Below, piece by piece: positions 49,441 through 59,319 of a stretch of 64,000 nt of DNA. The stretch is from a virus. The stretch covers positions 1 to 64,000 of IMG/VR virus record IMGVR_UViG_3300017917_001914; one strand, 5' to 3'. Below the pieces are notes generated by a model. That model worked only from the letters and a program-made list of their open reading frames with translations. It searched no databases and had not been told where the DNA came from. Every line of letters starts with the position of its first letter. Position 1 is the first letter of the stretch. Made by a program: the position numbers and the translations under genes.

Positions 49441-52400
49441 ATCGGAAAATATATTAGTTGAGTTTGATTATAACAACATATCAATCATTGACCCAAATAA
49501 AGTTATAGATAATGACGGAAGAGTACAAGAAAGATATGTAAAACAGGAAAACTTAGTTATGTATGCTAATTTAGAGTGTAAAGTTTTACCACGTACTAAA
49601 TTAGCACTTGGTGTTGCAAACAACGACCAAGTACAAACAGTTTCAATTGCGAGTATTAATTTTTTAAAGCCGGGTGATAAAACATATTTAGATAACTCAT
49701 ATACTGATGAGTTAACCGGTAAAGATACTATTACCGGTAATGGTGTTAATCAACCAAAATTAACATCAGTGTCTAATCCAAACAAAAGTAGTGATTATTA
49801 TATTAAACAAACAATAAATTCAGGTGGTAAACAAGCATCTGTTGATAATGGATTGTTAGGTATAACATCAATTAATATTAGACAAGGATTAGATTTCTTA
49901 CCTTCAATAACAATTGAATTAGAAGATGTTAAAGGTAGAGCAATGTTTGAGGCGGGTGATAATTCACCATACGCAGCTTTCTTTAATTTACCTTATCCGA
50001 TGTTTCAATTAACTATAAAAGGATTTTATGGTAAAGCCGTTAAATTACAATTAATGTTACAAACATTTTCGTCAAGATATGATACATCAAATGGTAATTT
50101 CAAAATTAAATTACATTTCTATACGTACAAATATACTTTATTAAGTGAAGTGCCTATGGCAGCATTAACAGCTGTACCACATATGTATCAATCAAGAGTT
50201 AATATACAAACTGTTAAAGGTAGTTTAACTAATTTTTCAAATGTTCAAGATTCTATTGTATCAAGAGGTTATCAAAAGGTTAGAGAGTTATATAGTGAAT
50301 ACAAATCAAAAGGTATGATTCCTGATGATTTTCCTGAGATTACCGTTGTACAAATGAGGGATAGAATTGAAAATTTTATTAAAAATATTTTAACATCATT
50401 TTCACAACAAAATTTAGACCCATTAACTTATGTTGAAGAATATCAAACATTGTTAGGTAATTTAGATAAAGATGTTTATGTTGGTGCCGGAACTTCTTGG
50501 TTTTCAAAATATATGGATACGGAAAATTATTTGGTAAAAACAGATGGAAATAAGGTATATACGTTCAAACCTGAAATTAATACTTCACAAAAAAGACAAA
50601 ATGCTTTAGCAGAATTACAAGGTATTATTAGTAAAGCTCAAGAAAAAATGGATGCTAATTCTGTTTGTGGAATAAACGGTAAATATACAATTGATGGTAA
50701 AACAAACAATAATTCACACGTCCCATTTAAAATTAAACCGGAAATATTCCCAATAGATTTAAAAGAATCGGATGTTAATGTTAGTGAAACATATAGACAA
50801 AGAAAAAAATTATCAACACAACCAACACCATTACAACTTCAGGAATTTAAAAATCAATTATCAGAAGAAGGTATTTTTAATTCATTAGTTATAACTAATA
50901 AAGGTGGTTCTGAAGAAAAAAAATTCCAATTTTATACTTTTGAAGGTGTGGGTCGATTTGAGGATTTAATAAATCAAATGGGTAAAGATGTTAAAACCGC
51001 TAAAGAAAATATTCAAGAGGGGTTAACTGAAGCTTTAACTAATTTATTACAAAAAAAAGATAATGGTATTGGATTTGTTCCAAATATTAGAAATGTACTT
51101 GCAGTTATTTTTGCAAATGGAGAGGCATTTTTAAGATTAATGGATGATGTACATGTTCAAGCTTGGAATTTAAATGATACTCAAATAAAGGCTCGAAGAA
51201 ATGCAATTTTAAATCCTGAAACCGCGAATGCTTGTGTGGATAATCTATCAACAGGTGATAATAAAACATTACCTATTTATCCTTGGCCTCAAATGTTGGT
51301 TGCAACATCAGGAAAAGATGGTCGTGAACAATTTGAACTTACATATCCTGGAGATAAGAGTGTAATAAATCAAACTAAAGCTTATCTAACTGATTTATGG
51401 CCTGAAGTTGAATTTGTTGAAGAGTTTATAAGAGCAACAACTCAAACAGTTAAACCGCCTGCAGACCCTTTAACCACGACAAATCCATTAACTGATGTTC
51501 AAAGAGTATCGTTAGATGCAATTGAATTTCCAATTAGTAATGCGGTTTATGATAATAAGGAAGAAATTAAATATTTTTATGAAATATTTGAAAGAATATT
51601 TTTAACATCAAATTATTCGGGATTATTAAGAAGTAATGGTAATACTCAAGACCAAGATAAAGTTACTGATGTTATTGCTGAGGCGGAAAGTATTAATATT
51701 CTACAAAGTTTATCAAACGATAATCCTTTTATAATTAAAAAATTAAAAGAGTTTGGTATTAACGCTGGAAATTTTGAGATATTGATGAGACATATTTCTA
51801 ATGACGGTACAGGTGAAAGTTGGCAAAATTTTATTAGAGGTATCTTTAATACATCATATATTAAAAATAAAGTTAATAATTCAAGTTTTGAATTTTTAAG
51901 TCAAAATTTGTTAAATGAATCTAAATCACAACCGTTAGTATCGTTACCAGGTGAAAACAATGTTGTTAATTTTATTTCAAATTCAACGTCAAGTAATATT
52001 TTTAATTTAACGGATACATATCCATTTACAAATTTTACTTGGGTTAAAAACGAGTTAGCGAATGGTAATTCAATATCAGATATTAAATCATCATATAATA
52101 CAACAAAAGTATTAACGTATAATACTAACAAAAAAATAATATCTAATTTTTTAGATATTACAAACAATAATGATAGAAGACCTTTTACTAATTTTTTATT
52201 TAATGATATTAAATCACCAATTTATACTTTTGATTTAAAATTATTTTATGAAAATAGAAGTTTTGATAGACAATTACCAACAGAAGGTAATTTAAGGTAT
52301 AATGATTATTCAGGGTTAGTTACTAGTAATCAAACAGTTTCAATGTTTAATACACCATATTTTGTTAATTCAATTCAAGAAGGTGTTAAGAATTTCAGAA

Positions 52401-55400
52401 ATAATAGTGAGTATCCGTTTGTGGCTTCGGCGTATTTGTTTTTAAATAGTTTACCATTATCAACTCTTAGAGAGAAATATAAAACATATGAATCAAATTC
52501 AGTTACTGATTTAGATTACATTTTTGCTACTCTAAAGAAATTTGGTGCGGTTCATAAATTACCATATCCTTGGATATTAAAAATAGGTTCTGTTTGGAAC
52601 AGATATAAAAACTTTGTTGAAACAGGTCAAGATATTTTAGACACATCATGGTCAGGATTTAGTTATGTACACAATTATGACCCAGTAACTAATTCACCAA
52701 CAAGAAATTACGGGTTAACAATAAATGGTTCTCAAATAGATATTGTATTAGAAAAAAACACAACATTAGGACTTGAAACCTCGTCGTTAATTAATACGGG
52801 ATTTTATCCATTATTGATAAATGATTTTAATGTTTTTTATCAGGGATTCCAAATATATTCAGGTTACACTGATACTGACATTCAAAACGGATTTAGTTCA
52901 GGTGTTACATTAAATTATGTTCCGGAAGCAATTATTAATTTACCTGAAGGTTTTGACCCAAATAACCCAAAAAGAGATTTAAGAGTAATCCCTTGGTCAG
53001 TTTATATTACAACTTTAGACCAAACAGCGTCTTATATTGTGCCATCACAAGGTGCGTTAATTAATCAAACAAGTAATGAATGTATAACTGAAGAAACTAA
53101 TCAATTAAAATATGAAATAACAGGTAATACTGCAATGTACAATGGTTCAGTTAGATTATTTTGGGCGGCACCTAATTATGGTTATTTTGATGTTGATAAA
53201 GTAGTTAAACCTACTCCGTTAAAATATTTAAAACAAGTTTTTAATATTACCGGTGACACTAAACAAGAAAACTTTTCTATTAACGGAAAACAAGACCAAT
53301 ATACTGAAATTAGTGAAATGTTTTCTGTCTTTGAAAAAGAAGTTTTAGATAGTTTTGAGTTAGAGTTTTTAAATTTCTCAAAATCAATATATGATTTTGA
53401 TGATGAATTTATATCAAATACTGATACTGAAACAACAAAATCATTCAAGAATTTCCAAATGTTAATGAGAAGTTTAATGAAAATTCCAAAAGTTACTGGA
53501 ACAAATATTAACACTGAATTAGTTTCTACGGTTTCGGAATCACAATTAAATGTTTTATCTAATATTTTACAATCATTTTTAAATTATGATGTTGTTTTCA
53601 AATATGGTAACCCTGCAAATTTTGATAAAAGATTATTTTATACATTTTCAAATAAATTAATCGCTGACCCATATACTTGGAGTAAGTATTCATTTCAAAC
53701 ACCAACACCATTACCAACATCAGGTGGTACGGTAACTTTATCTCAATCAATTATAAACTATCCAAATGAATGGGAGGCGTTACAACTATATGTTGGTTTT
53801 TCGGAAATACCTCAATTACAATATACAAATAATGGTTCATATATAACCGATTTCTTTGTTGATTGTAATATAGATTTTAGTGTTGATAATATTAAAACAT
53901 TTGCCCCAATTATTAAAATTTATGCGACACAAAAATTAAATGATAATACATTAAATTATAATAAATTTGTAACATTAATGAATCAATACATTGATAGTAC
54001 AGATAAGTTTCAAAATATTATTATTAATAAATTGATGCCTAAATTACAAAAACAATTACCGGATGTTGGTAGTACACCTGACGCTGCTTTAGCAACAGCA
54101 TTAGAAGGGCCTCAAACAAAGTTAGAATATTGGGAGTCATTTAAAGCGTTAAACGATAAATGGATATCAGGAAATGATTTTAAAACTAAAACATTATTTG
54201 AGGATGTTTTATTAATGGATAGGGCAAATAGAAATATTGGGGATAAAATTTTAGTTGATGTTAATAAATTAAAAAATAGATTAAGTAAGATAAATCCAAA
54301 AACAAGTATGTTAACTTTTGTTCAAACAATTTTAGTTGAAAACAACTTTGTTGTTATGAATATACCATCTTACGTTAATTTTTATAATGTACAAGATGCG
54401 GTAAAAAATCCTGTACCAAAACCTGAAGGAAGTCTTGAGTTTGCGAATACAATGTTTGGAACATTCTTAAATGTTGATTATCGAAATTCTTCAGCAAAAA
54501 TGGTTTGTTTTTATGCGGGAAAACCAAGTGAACAACCTGATTTTAAAAATAACGCTAATGTAAGATTTAAAGGTGATTCTTTTGATTTACGAAGAGCATC
54601 GGATAACCCATTAATTGAAGACCAAATAGGTAAAATAGATTGGGATAAATCTAATAAAGTTGTTGGATTTAATGTTGATGTTGGGCCACAAAATCAATCA
54701 ATTTTCCATGGATTCCAAATAGACCAAAGTGCTGGTCAAGCAACAGCCGAATCTTTACAACAAACGGATGAATTGGTTAAACAATCTTCAGGTAAAGTTG
54801 CGGGAACTCAAAATATTTCATTATATAATTTATATAAAAATAGAAGTTATGCTTGTACGGTATCTATGATGGGTAATGCTATGATTCAACCAACGATGTA
54901 TTTTAACTTGAGACATGTGCCTATGTTTAGTGGGGCATATATGATTCAAGAAGTTAATCATAGTATTGGCCCGGGAACTTTTGAAACGGTATTTAAAGGT
55001 ATCAGACAAGCGGTATCAAATTTACCTGAAATTGATAGTTATATTCAAACTTTAAAAACTAATTTATTAACATCTATTATTGAAAAGAATAAACAAGATA
55101 AACAAGCTGCGATAAAAGAAAGTGGTACAAAACAAAATAATGTTATTAGTCAGTCTAATAACACAGTTAAAGATGCTACAACTAAACCGGCAAATACCTC
55201 AACTGATTATCCAAGTTGTACACCAATTAGGAATTATGAGAAATATCAAAAAATAGATTCTCCGACAACAACTAAATCTAAATATAAAGATGTTATTGCA
55301 ACAATTATAAATCAAACTCAAGACCAAAAATTAAGATATTTAGTTTTTGCAACAATCTATTTAGGTTCATCAAACGGAACTGAATTAGAAACAAATGAGA

Positions 55401-56302
55401 ATAACTATTCAGGTGTTGATTTATTACAAAATTGGGGTCAAGCGGGTGTTTCGTACTTTAGTAACGAATTTTATTGTAATTCAAGTAATATACCATATGC
55501 TATTTTTTCAGATTTATCTAAACATGTTGAATTTTTAATTGCAAGATTTAGTGGTAAGATAGGATTATTACCGGCAATTACTGCTAAAGATATTACTAAA
55601 TTCTATACGTTATATTTTTCTGCGGTACAAAAGAATATTGATGTTTATAATAAATTAGTTGAAAATCCAAGTCAATTAAGTGAAATTGAAACTAGTGTTC
55701 AACAATCTATAGATTTATTTAAAACAGGTAGTGGTAACGAAAGTGGTTCATTACCACCTAGTACTCCACCAACCGCTAATACGGATGAAGGTATTTTTAA
55801 AGACGCAAAAGCGTTTAGTACAACTTCATTAAATAATCTTGATATAAAAAATGGGGTTTTAACTGGTAATTTTGTTGTTTATTATGAAGGGGAATTATTA
55901 TCTCAAGATTATCCGGCTAAATTATATATTGCAGGAGGGGTGAATAATAGAGTTGAAATTGGTAGTTTTGTAATAAAACCAACAACAAATAAAAACGTTG
56001 GTTCATTTGTTTCTGTTCCTAAAATTACAGAAATTTTAGATGTGGCAAAAAATGATGAAACATATCGTATTACATTTATAGTTGTAGTTAATGCGTTCCC
56101 CAACATTAGTTATGGGTTTACAAGAGTTTTAGCACCAATAAAATGTCCTGATGAAGATTTTGATTATCGTGATATAATTTCGGTAAGTACTTGGGATTCA
56201 GTTAAGGGTAATATTTGTTGTAATTGTTATAGTGAACCATATGAAGGTTCAGAAATTATTTGGGATGGTAAACGTTGTTCAAAAAATGGAACAACATGTT
56301 AA
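49430..56302 (+). CDS. Giant baseplate hub protein (gp27 / P2 gpD-like)
   Basis: N-terminal LGITSINI...ITIELEDVKG...FQLTIKGFYG and CTVSMMGNAMIQP...GAYMIQEVNHSI...FETVFKGIR hub motifs. Confidence 0.65.
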   Translation: MVDKSENILVEFDYNNISIIDPNKVIDNDGRVQERYVKQENLVMYANLECKVLPRTKLALGVANNDQVQTVSIASINFLKPGDKTYLDNSYTDELTGKDTITGNGVNQPKLTSVSNPNKSSDYYIKQTINSGGKQASVDNGLLGITSINIRQGLDFLPSITIELEDVKGRAMFEAGDNSPYAAFFNLPYPMFQLTIKGFYGKAVKLQLMLQTFSSRYDTSNGNFKIKLHFYTYKYTLLSEVPMAALTAVPHMYQSRVNIQTVKGSLTNFSNVQDSIVSRGYQKVRELYSEYKSKGMIPDDFPEITVVQMRDRIENFIKNILTSFSQQNLDPLTYVEEYQTLLGNLDKDVYVGAGTSWFSKYMDTENYLVKTDGNKVYTFKPEINTSQKRQNALAELQGIISKAQEKMDANSVCGINGKYTIDGKTNNNSHVPFKIKPEIFPIDLKESDVNVSETYRQRKKLSTQPTPLQLQEFKNQLSEEGIFNSLVITNKGGSEEKKFQFYTFEGVGRFEDLINQMGKDVKTAKENIQEGLTEALTNLLQKKDNGIGFVPNIRNVLAVIFANGEAFLRLMDDVHVQAWNLNDTQIKARRNAILNPETANACVDNLSTGDNKTLPIYPWPQMLVATSGKDGREQFELTYPGDKSVINQTKAYLTDLWPEVEFVEEFIRATTQTVKPPADPLTTTNPLTDVQRVSLDAIEFPISNAVYDNKEEIKYFYEIFERIFLTSNYSGLLRSNGNTQDQDKVTDVIAEAESINILQSLSNDNPFIIKKLKEFGINAGNFEILMRHISNDGTGESWQNFIRGIFNTSYIKNKVNNSSFEFLSQNLLNESKSQPLVSLPGENNVVNFISNSTSSNIFNLTDTYPFTNFTWVKNELANGNSISDIKSSYNTTKVLTYNTNKKIISNFLDITNNNDRRPFTNFLFNDIKSPIYTFDLKLFYENRSFDRQLPTEGNLRYNDYSGLVTSNQTVSMFNTPYFVNSIQEGVKNFRNNSEYPFVASAYLFLNSLPLSTLREKYKTYESNSVTDLDYIFATLKKFGAVHKLPYPWILKIGSVWNRYKNFVETGQDILDTSWSGFSYVHNYDPVTNSPTRNYGLTINGSQIDIVLEKNTTLGLETSSLINTGFYPLLINDFNVFYQGFQIYSGYTDTDIQNGFSSGVTLNYVPEAIINLPEGFDPNNPKRDLRVIPWSVYITTLDQTASYIVPSQGALINQTSNECITEETNQLKYEITGNTAMYNGSVRLFWAAPNYGYFDVDKVVKPTPLKYLKQVFNITGDTKQENFSINGKQDQYTEISEMFSVFEKEVLDSFELEFLNFSKSIYDFDDEFISNTDTETTKSFKNFQMLMRSLMKIPKVTGTNINTELVSTVSESQLNVLSNILQSFLNYDVVFKYGNPANFDKRLFYTFSNKLIADPYTWSKYSFQTPTPLPTSGGTVTLSQSIINYPNEWEALQLYVGFSEIPQLQYTNNGSYITDFFVDCNIDFSVDNIKTFAPIIKIYATQKLNDNTLNYNKFVTLMNQYIDSTDKFQNIIINKLMPKLQKQLPDVGSTPDAALATALEGPQTKLEYWESFKALNDKWISGNDFKTKTLFEDVLLMDRANRNIGDKILVDVNKLKNRLSKINPKTSMLTFVQTILVENNFVVMNIPSYVNFYNVQDAVKNPVPKPEGSLEFANTMFGTFLNVDYRNSSAKMVCFYAGKPSEQPDFKNNANVRFKGDSFDLRRASDNPLIEDQIGKIDWDKSNKVVGFNVDVGPQNQSIFHGFQIDQSAGQATAESLQQTDELVKQSSGKVAGTQNISLYNLYKNRSYACTVSMMGNAMIQPTMYFNLRHVPMFSGAYMIQEVNHSIGPGTFETVFKGIRQAVSNLPEIDSYIQTLKTNLLTSIIEKNKQDKQAAIKESGTKQNNVISQSNNTVKDATTKPANTSTDYPSCTPIRNYEKYQKIDSPTTTKSKYKDVIATIINQTQDQKLRYLVFATIYLGSSNGTELETNENNYSGVDLLQNWGQAGVSYFSNEFYCNSSNIPYAIFSDLSKHVEFLIARFSGKIGLLPAITAKDITKFYTLYFSAVQKNIDVYNKLVENPSQLSEIETSVQQSIDLFKTGSGNESGSLPPSTPPTANTDEGIFKDAKAFSTTSLNNLDIKNGVLTGNFVVYYEGELLSQDYPAKLYIAGGVNNRVEIGSFVIKPTTNKNVGSFVSVPKITEILDVAKNDETYRITFIVVVNAFPNISYGFTRVLAPIKCPDEDFDYRDIISVSTWDSVKGNICCNCYSEPYEGSEIIWDGKRCSKNGTTC

Positions 56303-56345
56303 ATTAAGTTTTTTCAAAATAAAAGATATTTATAAATAAAAGATT

Positions 56346-56570
56346 ATGGACACAAAATTAATATTAGACAACTATTTAGGTAAAAATACCAGAAGTACCG
56401 AAAAAGATTTGGGAGATGGTTCTAAACAAGTATGTGATTTAGATACAGGAGATTGTTATACTATCAGAATGAAAGATGGTTTAATTGAAAGAGTTGATAA
56501 TACATTAAATAAAAATAAAAAAATTCAAGTTGAAACCTTAACAGGAGTAAAACAACTATTAAACGGTTAA
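56346..56570 (+). CDS. Hypothetical protein (74 aa)
   Basis: ORF preceded by TATTTATA; VCDLDTGDCY. Confidence 0.65.
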   Translation: MDTKLILDNYLGKNTRSTEKDLGDGSKQVCDLDTGDCYTIRMKDGLIERVDNTLNKNKKIQVETLTGVKQLLNG

Positions 56571-56574
56571 TAAC

Positions 56575-57246
56575 ATGAAAAAAATAGACAATCAAATTTT
56601 AGAAGAGATTGCTAGATATAATTCTATCAATCAATATATTGTTGAACAAGATGCTACATTACCTCCACCACCTGGTGAGGTTGACCCAAACGCCGCTCCG
56701 GCACCTGATGCGGGATTAGCACCACCGGCTGACCCAAACGCGGCACCACCGGCACCGGCAGCACCGGCTGGCCCTCAACCTGTTGATGTTGCTAATGACC
56801 CTGATGTTGAGAAAGTTGGTGAAGATGAAAAATCAGAATCAAAAACTGAAGAAATGGATATTACTGATTTAGTAAAATCTCAGAAAAAAGTTGAAGAAAA
56901 ACAAGAAGAATATTTTAACAACCTATTTCAACATTTAGATAATTTAGAAACTAAATTAGGTGAAATGGATGGTATCATGACTAAATTAAATGACTTGGAG
57001 GCTAAAGTTGAAAAATACAGAGAAAAAACACCTCAAGAAAGATTAGAATTAAGAACATTAGATTCAGGGCCTTTTAATCAAAAATTAAGTCAATTCTTTG
57101 ATGATAAAGAAGAAGATATGGAAAAATCGGGAAAAAATGAATATGTTTTAACCCAAGACGAAGTTGAAGATTATTCACCAAATGAGATTAGAAAAACCTT
57201 CAGAAATTTTGAAGATGAAACAAATCCATTTAGACAAGTAAAATAA
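56575..57246 (+). CDS. Acidic Pro/Ala-rich coiled-coil protein (possible prohead core/internal protein)
   Basis: ILEE...IVEQ leader, PA-rich linker, coiled-coil heptads. Confidence 0.55.
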   Translation: MKKIDNQILEEIARYNSINQYIVEQDATLPPPPGEVDPNAAPAPDAGLAPPADPNAAPPAPAAPAGPQPVDVANDPDVEKVGEDEKSESKTEEMDITDLVKSQKKVEEKQEEYFNNLFQHLDNLETKLGEMDGIMTKLNDLEAKVEKYREKTPQERLELRTLDSGPFNQKLSQFFDDKEEDMEKSGKNEYVLTQDEVEDYSPNEIRKTFRNFEDETNPFRQVK

Positions 57247-57249
57247 TAT

Positions 57250-57276
57250 AAACGGTCTTAATGACCGTTTTTTTTT
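57250..57276 (+). terminator. Intrinsic terminator
   Basis: aaacggtc-ttaat-gaccgttt followed by a T run. Confidence 0.8.
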
Positions 57277-57287
57277 ACTAATATTAT

Positions 57288-57316
57288 TTGACAAACACAC
57301 GGCTGACACTTATACT
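57288..57316 (+). promoter_or_regulatory. Near-consensus sigma70-type promoter for the replication operon
   Basis: TTGACA-17 bp-TATACT. Confidence 0.7.
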
Positions 57317-57345
57317 TTAATAAACCTTTAAATATTTTAAACACT

Positions 57346-58200
57346 ATGGCGACAAATTCATTAGACGCAGTTTTGGCTCAATACGAGCAATCAAAACAAG
57401 GTGGTTCTTCTAACACCTCAAAATTCACACAAGAAGAAAGAATGAAAAAATACTTCGCGGCAATCCTTTCAGATAAGGAAACTCAAGGCCAAAGAAGATT
57501 AAGAATCTTACCAACTAAAGATGGTTCTTCACCATTTAAAGAAGTTTGGTATCACGAGATTCAAGTTGATGGTAAATTCCAAAAATTTTATGACCCGGGT
57601 AAAAATGACAATGAACGTTCACCTTTAAATGAGGTTTACGAAGAACTTCGTTCTACCGGAAAAGAATCTGACAAAGAGTTGGCTAAACAGTACTTATCAC
57701 GTAAGTTTTATATTGTGAAAGTTATTGATAGAGATAACGAGGAAGATGGGGTTAAATTTTGGAGATTTAAACATAACTACAAAAATGAAGGAATTTTAGA
57801 TAAAATTATTCCTATTTGGAGAAATAAAGGTGATATTACCGACCCTGTAACAGGTAGAGATATCATTTTAGAATTAACTAAAGCAAAAACTCCAAAAGGT
57901 GCTCAGTACACTGTAATTCAAACGGTTATGTATGATGATGCGGCTCCGGTTCACGAAGACAAAACAACAGCAGATAGTTGGATTAACGATGAGTTATCTT
58001 GGGAAGATGTTTATTCTAAAAAACCTGTTGAGTATTTAGAAGCTATTGCAAGAGGAGAAACTCCAAAATGGAATTCTGATAAAGGTGGTTACGACTATGG
58101 TAATTCAGATGAGGATGAAACTTCATTTGGTGGAGCAAAACCTTCAGGTTATGAAGACCCACAAGCGGGTGCTGAAGGGGAAGATGATATGCCATTCTAA
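57346..58200 (+). CDS. Single-stranded DNA-binding protein (T4 gp32-like)
   Basis: LRILP...PF...YH, VIDRDNEEDGVKFWRF, DITDPVTGRDI, acidic tail ending DDMPF. Confidence 0.85.
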   Translation: MATNSLDAVLAQYEQSKQGGSSNTSKFTQEERMKKYFAAILSDKETQGQRRLRILPTKDGSSPFKEVWYHEIQVDGKFQKFYDPGKNDNERSPLNEVYEELRSTGKESDKELAKQYLSRKFYIVKVIDRDNEEDGVKFWRFKHNYKNEGILDKIIPIWRNKGDITDPVTGRDIILELTKAKTPKGAQYTVIQTVMYDDAAPVHEDKTTADSWINDELSWEDVYSKKPVEYLEAIARGETPKWNSDKGGYDYGNSDEDETSFGGAKPSGYEDPQAGAEGEDDMPF

Positions 58201-58211
58201 TCAATGAAAAT

Positions 58212-58297
58212 AACTTGGACAAATAACTTGGACACGAACTTAGACATCGTGTCCAAGTTGTCTAAAAAACTTACAAAAAATAACATTTACTTGGACA
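58212..58297. repeat. Array of AACTTGGACA 10-mers in direct and inverted orientation
   Basis: Copies at 58212, 58225, 58237 (variant), 58250 (inverted), 58288 (variant). Confidence 0.8.
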
Positions 58298-58298
58298 T

Positions 58299-59297
58299 AT
58301 GGGAATAAAAAAGAAAACCTTCTCTATGGAGGATATAAAAAACAAATACTCTACTAAAACAAAATATAAAGACGAAAGTTATTATAATTGTGGTGAAGCG
58401 TTTATGGAGGCTTGTGGATTACCAGGGCCTATTATGGGTGGAATCAATATGTTTTTAGGTCATTCAAACTCATCAAAAACAACCGCAATGATTTTAGCTG
58501 CGGCTGATGCTCAAAGAAGAGGTGATTTACCGGTTCTTATGATTACAGAAAAAAAATGGAGTTGGACTCACGCTGTTGAGTTAGGATTACAAGCGGAACA
58601 AGATGAAGATGGTAATTGGGATGGTCATTTTATCTTTAATGATAGTTTTGATTATATTGAACAATTAACTGACTATATGAATGATATATTGGATGCTCAA
58701 GAAAGTGGGGAAATTCCTTATAATATTTTATTTTGTTGGGATTCTGTTGGTTCAGTTCCTTGTAAAATGACTTACGAAGGTAAGGGTGGAAAAATGCACA
58801 ACGCTGCGGCACTTGCTGATACAATTGGTATGGGTATTCACTCGAGAATTTCTAAAACCAAAAAAGAAAGTGTTCCATATTACGCAACTATGGTTGTAAT
58901 TAATCAACCTTGGGTTGACTTACCGGACAATCCTTTTGGACAACCTGAGATTAAAGCTAAAGGTGGTGAGGCATTATGGTTAGCATCAAGTTTAGTATTC
59001 TTATTTGGTAATCAGAAGAAAGCGGGTATTAACCACATCACAGCAACTAAGAATGGTAGAACAGTGGCTTACGCTACAAGAACTAAAATATCTGTATTGA
59101 AAAACCACGTTAATGGTATTTCATTCAAAGATGGTAAGATTATTGCAGTACCCCAAGGGTATATTAAAGACGATAAAGTGGCTTTAGACAAATACAAAAA
59201 AGAATATTCAGAATTTTGGAATAAAATCTTATCAGGTGATGGTGACATTATCTTCAAAGATGTTGTAACAAAAGTAGAAGAAGAGGACGAAGACTAG
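58299..59297 (+). CDS. RecA/UvsX-like recombinase
   Basis: GHSNSSKTT Walker A variant, ITEKKW, WDSVGS, VINQ, KGGEAL, KNHV. Confidence 0.85.
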   Translation: MGIKKKTFSMEDIKNKYSTKTKYKDESYYNCGEAFMEACGLPGPIMGGINMFLGHSNSSKTTAMILAAADAQRRGDLPVLMITEKKWSWTHAVELGLQAEQDEDGNWDGHFIFNDSFDYIEQLTDYMNDILDAQESGEIPYNILFCWDSVGSVPCKMTYEGKGGKMHNAAALADTIGMGIHSRISKTKKESVPYYATMVVINQPWVDLPDNPFGQPEIKAKGGEALWLASSLVFLFGNQKKAGINHITATKNGRTVAYATRTKISVLKNHVNGISFKDGKIIAVPQGYIKDDKVALDKYKKEYSEFWNKILSGDGDIIFKDVVTKVEEEDED

Positions 59298-59319
59298 TAC
59301 TAATGTAAACAAACAAAAA

